NCBI GenBank assembly: GCA_040285825.1
Contig: JAUPSS010000001.1
Location: 3,162,001 to 3,226,000 of the forward strand
Reading direction: 5' to 3'
Origin: Eukaryota sp. TZLM1-RC
Lineage: Eukaryota > Protista > Metamonada: BaSk clade
DNA: 64,000 nucleotides
Under the pieces are notes generated by a model that saw only the letters and a program-made list of their open reading frames with translations, was not told the origin of the DNA and ran no database searches. Both the position numbers and the translations under genes were made by a program. Shown piece by piece: positions 35,820-46,158 of this stretch (its first letter is position 1; every line of letters begins with the position of its first letter).

Positions 35820-37847
35820 TCAATCATGTTTGGAAATATCTCTGTCATATACTATTTGGCACTCAGTACAAATACGCATCTGCCATGAGCCTGCTTGAAT
35901 ATTCTCGGCCATGCAACAACTTGACATTTTGCTTGTATTAAATTCACTGGTTGACAAGTGCTTCACGTCCTTCTGATAACACAACCATTTTCTGAAAGCC
36001 CTTGCTGATCCATATCGATTGACTTTTCGGCAATGAGAAGGGAAATTAGCAGAACCCACAGCAAGATAGAGTTTTTCAGGATGTCCAGCCAGCCTTTGAA
36101 ATTTGTTGAGACTCTCTCTGAACCGTCTCTCTTTTCGTCTGCGGTTATCAAATTTAATTGTTTTCCATTTCTGGCGATTACTTTCCAAATACACTTTCTG
36201 ATGCCGTTAGGCAGATGAACACACGAAGGAGAGAGAGAAATCTGTTGTTTATTAATAAAACTGATTCATAAATGAGTATCACGTCATCAGTCGAAATACA
36301 AAGAAACCTACTAATTCAATTTAAGTGCAACAACAACATTTCCTCCTGACCAAATTCCCATGGTTCAAATATTGGTTGAAATTTTGAACGGAATATTGGT
36401 TGGGAGAGTGTTCACTGGGTGAAGGTTTTGTCATGTATCTTCTGCCAGTTGGACAAGGGATAACTCCACATTGATTATCATTTAAGAAGTAACCACATAA
36501 TCTTGATTGGCCAAGATCAACGCCGATAAGGGGCCTTTCAGGTAAAATTTCGACTGGATGTCTACGTCTTCGACGGGGCATTTTTTTAGTACCCTTGAAC
36601 CGTGTTCCTCTGGTTTTGTTGGCATTAGGGTCACTTTTCATTTCATTTTTTGATCTTCTTTTCTTTTTCGGTGGTTCATCCAGCTCATCTGTGTTTTCTG
36701 AGTCATTATTTTTACCTTTAAAGGTCAAAAGCAGTTCATTACCATTAGTTTTCAATAAAATTTTGTTAAATCTATTTTTCAAACTTTTTCTGTTGATATT
36801 GAATTTTTGGAAAGGACATTGTTTGAATATTCGTTTCAGACATGTATTTTTGATAAACTTAGTTTTGGAAGATGATCCTTCAATAATTGGAAATTTTTTC
36901 ACAGAGTGGAAAATTTGTGAAGGTACCTCAATAAATTTAGAACCTTTATGAGAAGCTAAAGGTATTATTCTAAATTTCTTCCAGCAATGCATATGAGAAA
37001 AGAAAGTGAGTAAGTATTGTGAAATTTTAAGATTGAAGAGAAAAAGCTCACTAATTTCCTTTGATGAAAAAGTGATTTTATCATGTGAGGACAGTAGGGA
37101 GGCAGTGGTAGGAAATCTTTGAAGGAGATTCAAGATAAACCTACATGCATTCAATAAAAAAAATCTTTCTCTTGAATTATTCAAATTGAAATTGATGAGG
37201 TATTCAAGAACAGAATCAACTACTACTTCCTCGGGTTGGGCTAGTAGTTCATCTGGCAAAAGTGAAAGAATATTATTTGCAAAAACATTTGTTTTATTCA
37301 GGGCTCTACAATGAGCACGAATAAAGTTTTTTGTCCAGGATTGACAAATTTTGGGTAAACTTGTCTTCACGTTGGAGGCCAATTGACGAGCCCGACAAGC
37401 AAGGTAAGGAGAAAGCCCTTTTCTATTGATAAAATTACAGTTCTGGGACTGCAGCCAATCATTGAGGAAAAGATTGAATGAATTTCTGTAAGGCACTAAA
37501 GAATTTTCCCACACAGAAACAAGAGACCTGTCTTGGGGGCATTCAGGAAGAAATCCATTGTAAAAGATATGGAGTAATTGGCGTTGGCCTTTAGATGTGG
37601 AAGGCTTAGGAAAAGAACCAGTGGTGATGACGGTCATAAACAGATACCATACATCCTGTTCCACTAAAGCTCTAAATGCCAACGGAAAATTTAGAAGAAA
37701 AGATTGAAGTAATAAAGAAGCTTCATGACAAATCTCGGTGACCACAGGAAGGTCAGTCCGAATTTGTTGCACCGCTGCAGGGGTCAGCAGCGAGTTAAGT
37801 GCCCAAGACCGAGTGAATACACGTGACACAGAGTGGGTGTCTGTCAT
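35820..37847 (-). CDS. Fanzor1 RNA-guided endonuclease (eukaryotic TnpB homolog), interrupted in frame by a 153-nt GT-AG segment (36350-36198); C-terminal tail probably frameshifted
   Basis: 'FRIIPL...FIEV', 'KTNG' (TDG-like), NLS-like PPKKKRR/RRRRR, RuvC-I 'LIGVDLG', rearranged RuvC-II 'AVGSANF'...'SEFNTSK', Cys pairs 'SCC...CTEC', RuvC-III 'YDRD'. Both ORFs share a frame; spliced length about 624 aa. Confidence 0.85.
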
Positions 37848-38158
37848 GTAGTGAGAATAAAGAGCTCATCTATCAAATTTTACACTTGTCACCCCATTTT
37901 CGACTTCTGGTTGCCTGTTCTGGGAGGTTTTTAACCCTCAACTTGGTTTTGGGAGGTTTTCACTATTCCCACACTTTCCTCTCACTTCATAAACTGGGTT
38001 CTTATTTCCCTCACTTACCTTCTTTTTTCGAGCGTTATGACTCCCCGGTAATCTTTCAACTTCTTTCTATTACTCCCTCAGTTCATGACCCCACTACTGG
38101 CCCTCCACAAACTGCAACTTACGCTGCTCTACCACCGTCGCCTCAACCGGTACAGTCC

Positions 38159-38413
38159 ATGTACACACCTCCTGCTCCTCGCTCATCCGGTAATAGTACC
38201 TGGAAAACTTTCCTTAAAAGCTCTGATTGGAAGTCAAACAAAACTGTTAGTCATTCATCAAACAAAAACGCTTCTGTCCCTAGCGTGTCACTTGGTTTGA
38301 AGCTTTCTAATGCCATCTCCAAGGAAAATGTGAACATTGAGCTAAACGAACGAGAGCTGGAAGCCCTTTTCAATACTGTTGAAGATATCTCTGTTCATTT
38401 AGACAATCTGTAA
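38159..38413 (+). CDS. COMM-domain (COMMD) protein; start uncertain (frame open from 37823, first ATG 38159)
   Basis: 'DWK......SS......PSVSLGLKL....VNIELN..EL..LF..VE.I...LDNL' matches the COMM domain pattern. Confidence 0.65.
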   Translation: MYTPPAPRSSGNSTWKTFLKSSDWKSNKTVSHSSNKNASVPSVSLGLKLSNAISKENVNIELNERELEALFNTVEDISVHLDNL

Positions 38414-38705
38414 TAAAGTAAGTTATTTTGTAAATAAATAGTTGATGTTTTTTGTTGTTTATTTGAACATTATTGGCACGTTATTATGCTAAGAAGCTCC
38501 TGAACTGTGTGTTCTAGGTTTTCTGTGTTTTATGTCTACACCAATAAGTAAAAGTTGAAAACTAAGGCCCATAGATGTCGTAGGGAGAAACCAGACGTTG
38601 GTGCAAGATCAAAGATAATAATTTACATAAATGTGCACAATTCTGTGACACCAATAGAAAAACTATAATTTCTTGTCAACTTTCATTGAAGACGCACTAT
38701 TACTG

Positions 38706-39044
38706 ATGGCTCATCAACATGATAGGTCCTTGACACGTCTTAAGGGAGAGCTTAATGATTCAGTTGTTCGTTTTGTGAGTAGAGCATCCGAATCACAATT
38801 CTTGGCAATTGCAGACGGTGTAGAACTTCTTTCCAATACCATTAGACATTCACGTAATGATGTAGGGGTTCTTAGTAAGTGTAACAGTGACTTGAAACAA
38901 GTGTCCCAGCAATTAACAATGTGTGGAAGAGATTTGAGTTTAGATTATGATGCATTGTGTTCAATACCATCGTTTCGTCGCCTTGGGGAGTTTCTCAATA
39001 GTGCTGTCGACCAAAGTAAAGAACTAGTGGAAGATAAAGAATAA
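38706..39044 (+). CDS. Small helical/coiled-coil protein (weak resemblance to BORC/BLOC subunits)
   Basis: Intact 112-aa ORF between host genes; family call is tentative. Confidence 0.45.
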   Translation: MAHQHDRSLTRLKGELNDSVVRFVSRASESQFLAIADGVELLSNTIRHSRNDVGVLSKCNSDLKQVSQQLTMCGRDLSLDYDALCSIPSFRRLGEFLNSAVDQSKELVEDKE

Positions 39045-39098
39045 CTGTATTTAAATAGAAACTACTGATTTTAAAAGAAACAAAACTATATAAACTAC

Positions 39099-39302
39099 TT
39101 AAGAAGATGTGGGTAATAGGCCGAGTCGGCTCTTTGCTATGAGTCTCTGTTTGGAAAACTTGTCATCAGGGGAAAACCTGGCTGGATGGGCAGAACGTGT
39201 GAAAGAGTCGCATTTGGTGCACTTCTTCTAAGATAAGTTAGAACTGATGTAACGAACTTGAAGTGAATAGCTTTCGCATACATCACAATACAGCATAAAC
39301 AT
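39099..39302 (-). CDS. NOP10: H/ACA RNP protein Nop10, 2 exons; intron 39257-39228
   Basis: Spliced product [57 protein letters not shown] (57 aa) with the [12 protein letters not shown] signature; 30-nt intron GTTCGT...CTTATCTTAG. Not in the ORF track. Confidence 0.95.
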
Positions 39303-39989
39303 GTTGAAAGAGTGGAAGTAGTTAAATCTGTTCAATGTAACTCAAATCAATTTCGTCTGTAATAATTTACCTCCAAATGAATAGGAGCTTGACTGCACTA
39401 TGACTGTACACCAATTACCTGCTTCACTTCTGAAGTTGGTTTTTGGACATTACTGAATTCTCATCACTGATTTCAGCTATTCTATATCATTAAAAGAATT
39501 GGTGGTGTTATTTCTTTTTTTTATATCAACTATAATAAAAGTGGAAACAGAATTATCTAATTCCATTGTTAGCTAGGAAGTCCGTTTGAATTTACATGTC
39601 ACTATTGGTTTAATACCATTTTGGAATTTGGATTTTGAGGAATAATGAAATTCCAAAGAAGATTGAAATACAAATTTAAAACTTGAACGAATTGAAAATT
39701 CATGATTCCAATATCACTGAGCAAATATTTCCCTCCTTGTGTGCAATTGCAATTGCAGATGCAATCAATTGCACCTGCAGAACACATTCTACTCTGTTCT
39801 CCCCTGTCTTCAACAGAACTTTGTGCTCAAGATTGAATTAACTCTGCTAAACAAATTCTGAATTTTTCAGATACATTGACTTGTTTTTCATAGTCGATTC
39901 AATGTTTAGCCGCAATGTTCTTAAATGATATACTCAATGGTTTTGTTGTTGAAGATGAATAGCCTTTCTAGGGAGCAATAATTTACTTC

Positions 39990-41483
39990 CTTAATGGCTT
40001 TTTTGTTTTGTTGCACCTTGATGCTCTGCCTTTCAAAAATTCTTGTATACCATCTTATATAAGAATTGACAAAACAAGTTTATATGATTTGTTCTTTGCC
40101 GATCACAAGCACATTCACAGTCAAAGGTCGTCTTATCAATGAAATAATCAAGCTGCTGATTTGTCTTATGTGACACCATTTTGAAAATGTATAAGATTAA
40201 AAACACGAAACTTTATTCAGAAAATACTATGAACATATGTCTAGCATCGAGACTGATGAAGTGGCTGCAAGCTTTATTCAGTCTAGAATGGACTTGAAAC
40301 AATAAAAGTAACTGCAGAAGAATTCAAAGATGAAGAAAGATATATTGATGACTCCCCAGCATTAATCCTTCTCAATTTCAAGATATGATCCTTGTTGTTG
40401 ATCCTTGTTGTTGCTGATCCAGGGAAATCTGATCTACTCTATTTTTCCGCCAATTTAGCTACTGAAAAAACTCATTCAAAAAAACATGAGAGAGATAAAT
40501 AGTTGCATTTCATGTATGTTCAAAATCAACGAAGATTTGGGTCGAAAAGTTCCAAATTCAAAAGAATAAGAGACAGGATACGGAATGACACTCTTATTAC
40601 AAAAAGTAACTCTACTGGTAGAGTAATTGATCTATCCAAGTATGAACGAACTAAAGAGTAACAACAAAGGCTGAATTTAAACAGCAGTAAAATTAATCAA
40701 ATGACTGAAAGAACAATTAGTTTATTAAAAGGAAAAGTACCTCAAGAAATCAATATTCCCCACGAAATTGATGACTCATTAAATTTGAGAAACAATGAAC
40801 AAAAAACTAAATGTGTAGCAGAATGGGAAGCAACTTTATCCCAATTCAATTCCAAAAGTTGCAGGTTTGACAGACTTATGGCATATATCAAACAAAAGAA
40901 TTATGTGAATAGTATTGTTGGTGAAGTCTATCATCAAAAAATATTTAGGAATCTAAGATGGTGGGCTGAGATTAATCGGACAAGATCTGAGGCGAAGATG
41001 ATTCAGCGCTTTAAATCAGTAATTGTTGATACCAGCCAAGTAGTTATTGGAAATGGAGACTGGGAACAACGAAAACACATGAAATTCAAAGAACCTACCA
41101 AAGGAAAAGGTTTGAGAATTATATTTAAACAGGCTGGTCATGAGGTCTTCTTGAATGATCAGTTTCGAACCAGTTGCTGTTGTTTCAGCTGTAAGAAAGC
41201 GGAAAAAACAGTTGAAACATTCCGATGCTGCAGAAACCCTAGGCCATGGAAGAAACATGAGATGTCTATTCGTCACGGGCTTACCATGTGTAAATCATGT
41301 GAGAGTTTGTGGAATAGAGATCGAAATGCTTCGCTGAATAGATTGGCAGTGATGAAAGCACATGTAAAAGGTGGAGATAGACTGAAAAACCTACAGAGAG
41401 TCAAGGTTGACAAAGGTTCAAAGAAAAAGGTATCAAGAAAATCTTCCACTTCTCAAAAACTCAGTCCCTCTTCTTTGGTGTAA
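39990..41483 (+). pseudogene. Fanzor1 pseudogene, second subfamily
   Basis: 'LPFKNSCIPSYIRIDK','IETDEVAAS','RYIDD', RuvC-I 'VADPGKSDL', 'GDWEQRKHMKFKEPTKGKG', 'DQFRTSCCCFSC', 'NPRP', 'HGL..CKSC...WNRDRNASLN'; in-frame TAG and TAA and a 13-nt duplication at 40387-40412. 5' boundary approximate. Confidence 0.85.
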
Positions 41484-41524
41484 AAAGGACACTTATTTCA
41501 TTGTTATAGACAATAGCTGTAAGA

Positions 41525-42685
41525 ATGACAGATGATGATAAGCAAAACAGCAAGTCTTTAAAATCCCTCATGGACGTCACTCATTTAAAAAGACGTCTAG
41601 CAGCAGTAGAATCTAGAGCCTCCGATCTGGAATCTCTCAATAAACAGCTGGAAGATGACATGGAGAACTTACGTCACTCAGAATCTATGAGATTGGGTTA
41701 TCTTGAAAACTCTCTTCAGGAACTCAAGTCACAGCTAAGTGATGAGCGCCATTCAAATGCAGAATTACAGAAACAAATTAAGCATCAGGAAGAAACACAT
41801 TGCTCAGACATTAGTTCATTACAAGAGCAGCTACTTCAAAACGAAAAAGATCTAAAATATTATAAGGATCATGTTGCTATTCTAAAGCAAAAACTAGATG
41901 ATACAGAAGCAGAAAACACTCTCTCTAGAGAAGCTTTAGAGGTTCAGACTAAAGAAATCAAAAGTTTAAGACAACGAAACAACATATTAGTCGATAGAAC
42001 TCTCGAAATGAATCTCAACTCAACCAAACAAACTAGACCTTCTGAGTCAGCTACAACAGGTTCAAAGGGAAACGAAACACAAGAAAGGAATCTTAATAAT
42101 TTAGATGACACAATCACTGAATCCAAAACCCTCATAATAAAAATAGATAGTTTAATGAAGGAAAACACCGAATTAAAGAGAGACCTCGATGTTCAGCTTG
42201 GCCTAAATGAGGATTATTCTAAAAAACTATACAGAATGACAAAGACTATAAACGATCTTGAATCAAAAGTTAAAGCAGATTCCCAACATCTCCGCAATTC
42301 TGTACCTGCTTCTGTTCTAAATGATGCTTTGGAGCGGTATGAAGAAGTTTCTAGGGAGAATTCTTCACTTAAACATCAGCTCAATGAGGCACTTCAGAGT
42401 AAGAAAGAACTTGAGGAGCAAATAGTCCTGTTAGAAAATGAGAAATCAACTGTTAATGAAGAATTGAAATATCTCAAAACTCGATTTGAATCTACTGGAA
42501 TGTTTATTGCCAATCTAGTTGATGAGTGTAAGAAGGAGAGTCAGGTCTTTCATGATAATGTCAATGCTGAATATGTGTTAAATAATTTGATGGACCGGGT
42601 GTCGCTAGTGCCTGGGATAGCAAAGCCAATAATGTCACCAGCACGAACACCAAAGAAAATCTCAAAGTCAAGTCTTTTATCGTAA
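41525..42685 (+). CDS. Long coiled-coil protein
   Basis: Intact 386-aa ORF with heptad-rich E/K/L/Q composition. Confidence 0.65.
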   Translation: MTDDDKQNSKSLKSLMDVTHLKRRLAAVESRASDLESLNKQLEDDMENLRHSESMRLGYLENSLQELKSQLSDERHSNAELQKQIKHQEETHCSDISSLQEQLLQNEKDLKYYKDHVAILKQKLDDTEAENTLSREALEVQTKEIKSLRQRNNILVDRTLEMNLNSTKQTRPSESATTGSKGNETQERNLNNLDDTITESKTLIIKIDSLMKENTELKRDLDVQLGLNEDYSKKLYRMTKTINDLESKVKADSQHLRNSVPASVLNDALERYEEVSRENSSLKHQLNEALQSKKELEEQIVLLENEKSTVNEELKYLKTRFESTGMFIANLVDECKKESQVFHDNVNAEYVLNNLMDRVSLVPGIAKPIMSPARTPKKISKSSLLS

Positions 42686-43240
42686 CATCTCTACTACTAC
42701 ACATAATCTTCACTTATCATGGTACGATGAATTTCAATAATTTGGATGTAACATAACCACAAGTTGATAATAAAATGCTATATGTTATAAACTTCTCTGT
42801 CTACAGTTAGCTGTAAGGAGGGAACAACTTTCGTCATTGTGTATATAGGAACAATGAGTTCAAATTGATACTTTAGAAGTGATAGTTTTTGTTTCCACAT
42901 TACAAAGCTACAGTGGTGGGGAAATTGTGAGAAGGATATATGCTATTGAAAGATACTCTGCTAAGAATTAGCCTTTAATTGACATTTACTAACAATAATA
43001 TTATCGATATGTTTTGCAAATTAGAGAGATGAAGCCTCACTACGATTAAATTCTCGAGCTGGGAAATGTCGGAGTCGAATGGCCAATGCTATCCAAATTT
43101 CGGAAAAGGATGGAAAATTATGGCTGTGGAGGCTTATTTTCTTTGAATGTATGTATTAGTTTTGGACAGATTGGGAGTGATGAGTCGATTAATGTATTGC
43201 AGAAGAATTTGTTCAATTCAATGGGCATAAAACTTTCCTC

Positions 43241-44455
43241 ATGTTGAAACTTGTTGCTATTTTCGCCTTTGTGGCCATTGCCCTCGCTAATGACTTCCAT
43301 GTCATCAACACTGTTAACTCCAACCCTCGTGCCCTCTGGGTTGCTGGTGTTAACCCAAGATTCGCTGGTATGAACGACGACGAACGCCGTGCCCTTCTCG
43401 GTACCCGCCTTGATTTCATCAACCTCCCCAAGAAGACCGAAGTCAGCAACGATCTTCCTGAAAACTTCGATGTCCGCAGCAAATGGTATTTTCAGCCTCT
43501 CAGATCTTAACTCTAGGCCTGGTTGCCCCTCCTATGCTATCCGTGATCAAGGTCGTTGTGGTTCTTGCTGGGCTTTCGGTGCCGCTGAAGCTTTATCTGA
43601 CAGATTCTGTGCCGCAAAGGGACAACAAGTCATCCTTTCTCCTCAATACCTCGTTTCTTGCGATAAGTCGAACATGGCCTGTAATGGTGGATGGTTAGAC
43701 AAGGTCTGGAACTTCATGGCTTCCACTGGTGTTGTTGAAGATTCTTGCATGCCCTACGTTTCTGGCCAATCTGGTCAAGTCCCCGCATGTCCCACTGCCT
43801 GCAAGGATGGATCTGAACTCAAAATGTACAAGGCTGCCAATGCTTATGATGTCTCTTCCAACGAGCAGGCTATCATGACTGAAATTGAAAAGTAAGTTTA
43901 AGTGTCTGGATCTAACCCTAGATACGGTTCCGTTGAAGTTGGATTCTCTGTATACTCCGATTTCATGTCCTATCGCTCTGGTATCTACCATCACGTTTCT
44001 GGATATCTCCAAGGTGGACATGCTGTCAAGCTTATTGGATGGGGTGTTGAAAATGGTGAAAAGTACTGGTTGTGTGCCAACTCATGGGGTGCCTCCTGGG
44101 GAGAAAAGGGTCATTTCCGTATCCGTCGTGGTGTCAACGAATGTAACATTGAATCTATGGTCACTGCCGGACAAGCTGGTGAATCCCCCAACACTGAAAA
44201 CGGAAAATGTAGCGTTTGTAAATCCACCCTCAAGGTTATCATGCAAGCTGCTGATAAGGCAGCGTATGTTTTGTTTTAAATAACTAATATCAGATGTGAT
44301 GGAGTCTGCGCCATTACTGGACCTTTCTACTCTGCATGTAACATGGCGTATGTAATTTATATTTGTCTAACTTTAGTTGTCACGCTTTGATCAACGGTGC
44401 CTGCTCTGCCACTGACTGTATCAAACAAGCTTGTAAAAAAATGCACTTTTGTTAA
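43241..44455 (+). CDS. CTSB: Cathepsin B-like cysteine protease with C-terminal Cys-rich saposin-like domain, copy 1; introns 43486-43516, 43892-43921, 44264-44293, 44348-44376
   Basis: Signal peptide, [43 protein letters not shown]; spliced tail CSVC...CDGVC...C...C....C...C...CKKMHFC. Confidence 0.9.
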
Positions 44456-45529
44456 AAAGTCAAATTGTGTGAATATTATGATTTATAAATACTATTAGTA
44501 ATTACGGTATTCATTTTTACTCTACATTGTGATTAAAAAAATCGACCATTGATTCTGAACTTCATTATTATATTATTCAGGGCTCCAGACGAATCATTGT
44601 TGAAGCATTCAACAGATGCTTCCAATATTCTTCTTTATTTCAAAAACTTTTACCAATTATTGCATCTGTATCAGAAGCAAACCTCAAGATACAAAAATCT
44701 CGACTCAAAAATAGTGTTTTTGATCAAACAAAAAACTGCAACATGCTTCAGTTCTTCACCCTGTCACATTGAAATCTGTTGTCAAACATAGGGTTGAAAC
44801 TTTTATCGACTGGTTGTACTCAGTTGGTCCCAGGAAAAATAAAATAATTTTAAATTATTTCAAAAATAAACAAAAATACATTACTAACATCTCAACTGTG
44901 TTTATTTTTTGATTACGGGAGTATCCCGTATTTCATCATTTTTCTCGCATTTGTCCCCTCTTTCATCATTGTTATGTTTGTGAATAAACTGCTGTATCAA
45001 CACTATCTTTATTGTTTTTGTGGACATCTTCGTACATTGTGGCCAAGTTTTCTACAATGGGAACATCAACAAACTTCATATCATTTTCTGTTTCCTTCCT
45101 AAGCTGCGACATGATCCTTGATGAGTCCTGATAGTGAAGAAGACACATTAGGATGCTAAATATGTTGAAAGAGGGATAACTGATGACACCTGTGAATCTC
45201 ATACGTCCCCTTCACTTTTTCCGCCTTCATTTTCATCAGCTGATCTTTCTTCACACCAGAATCTCTCTAGAAATTTTCCACAAAAAAATCAAAGAAACAA
45301 TTCCACGCCTTTTAAGCCACAGTGTCGTTCCTTACGTTCTGCTGCAAGATCTGTCAACAACTCCAGTTCGGGAAGCTTCATAACAGTTGTTTAACAGCAA
45401 TTTTCGTCTGCTTGCAGGTTCAGCAGTCATCTTTCTCCCTATTTCGTTAATGTGTTTATGTTTATTTATTGGTATATATTGATTGAACATGAACACTTAA
45501 TTAAGTTAACTCATAACCAATGATACGAT

Positions 45530-46158
45530 CATGGAACCAAGATTTCCTCTACAAATACTTGATCTGCTTGCTGTCTAGCTAAAGCTTCTCTTATTCGATT
45601 GAAAAACCGAGGTAATATATTAATAATGGAAAATTGAATCCGTGAACGCCATAAAAAAGATATCAAATCTTTTCATTGTTTTTTCTTGAACCATTTTTTG
45701 GAAGCCATTCAAAAAAGTTTCTGCTTCATCTGATAATCTTCCATTTATCGAAAATGGGAAAGCAATAAAAACCAGCTCTGTATTTCTATCAGCATTAGCC
45801 TCTTCCATATCTTTATCATATTTTCTATGTTTTTCTTTTGCTTTAAAATCAAGAGCACTCACAGCATTAAGTTTTCTTCTGTGGACCAAAGTATCATTTG
45901 CAACATTACATGAGACAAAGTCAACAATAGCTTCAGAATTATCAATCCAATCACAGTATACATCACCTCTGTCATCAGAAGCAAAATTATTTAGAGAATG
46001 TGTTTTCTTCAGCAGAGGCTCTTTGCTACACGATATTCTTGCAGTTTGTGCCATATTGAAAACAGTGTCTCTAACAGTATCATGTAATGAAGAACGATAA
46101 GTTATCAATTTCGAACAATTCATAGCATGGCGCAAAGTGAGTTGAGGTGAATTCGAAC
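45530..46158 (-). mobile_element. CRE family B, 3' part (continuation of 50400-48561)
   Basis: Resumes at 'SNSPQLTLRHAMNC', exactly where the 5' part stops ('KCICSNSP'). Confidence 0.9.

Noticed and set aside
34690-35820. Sequence-level repeat/spacer array downstream of Fanzor
   Set aside because: No repeated sequence unit found by eye; only structural similarity, reported separately as speculative.
36255-36310. CTGATGA in the Fanzor insert (also at ~35222) as a hammerhead core or C box
   Set aside because: No stem II followed by GAAA on the same strand, and no suitably placed CTGA D box.
40490-40665. In-frame TAG/TAA in Fanzor B (and TAG at 29939) suggesting a TAR=Gln genetic code
   Set aside because: Conserved host genes terminate at TAA/TAG (Dcp2, eIF3b, phosphorylase, Nop10) and none has internal TAR; these stops are pseudogene lesions.
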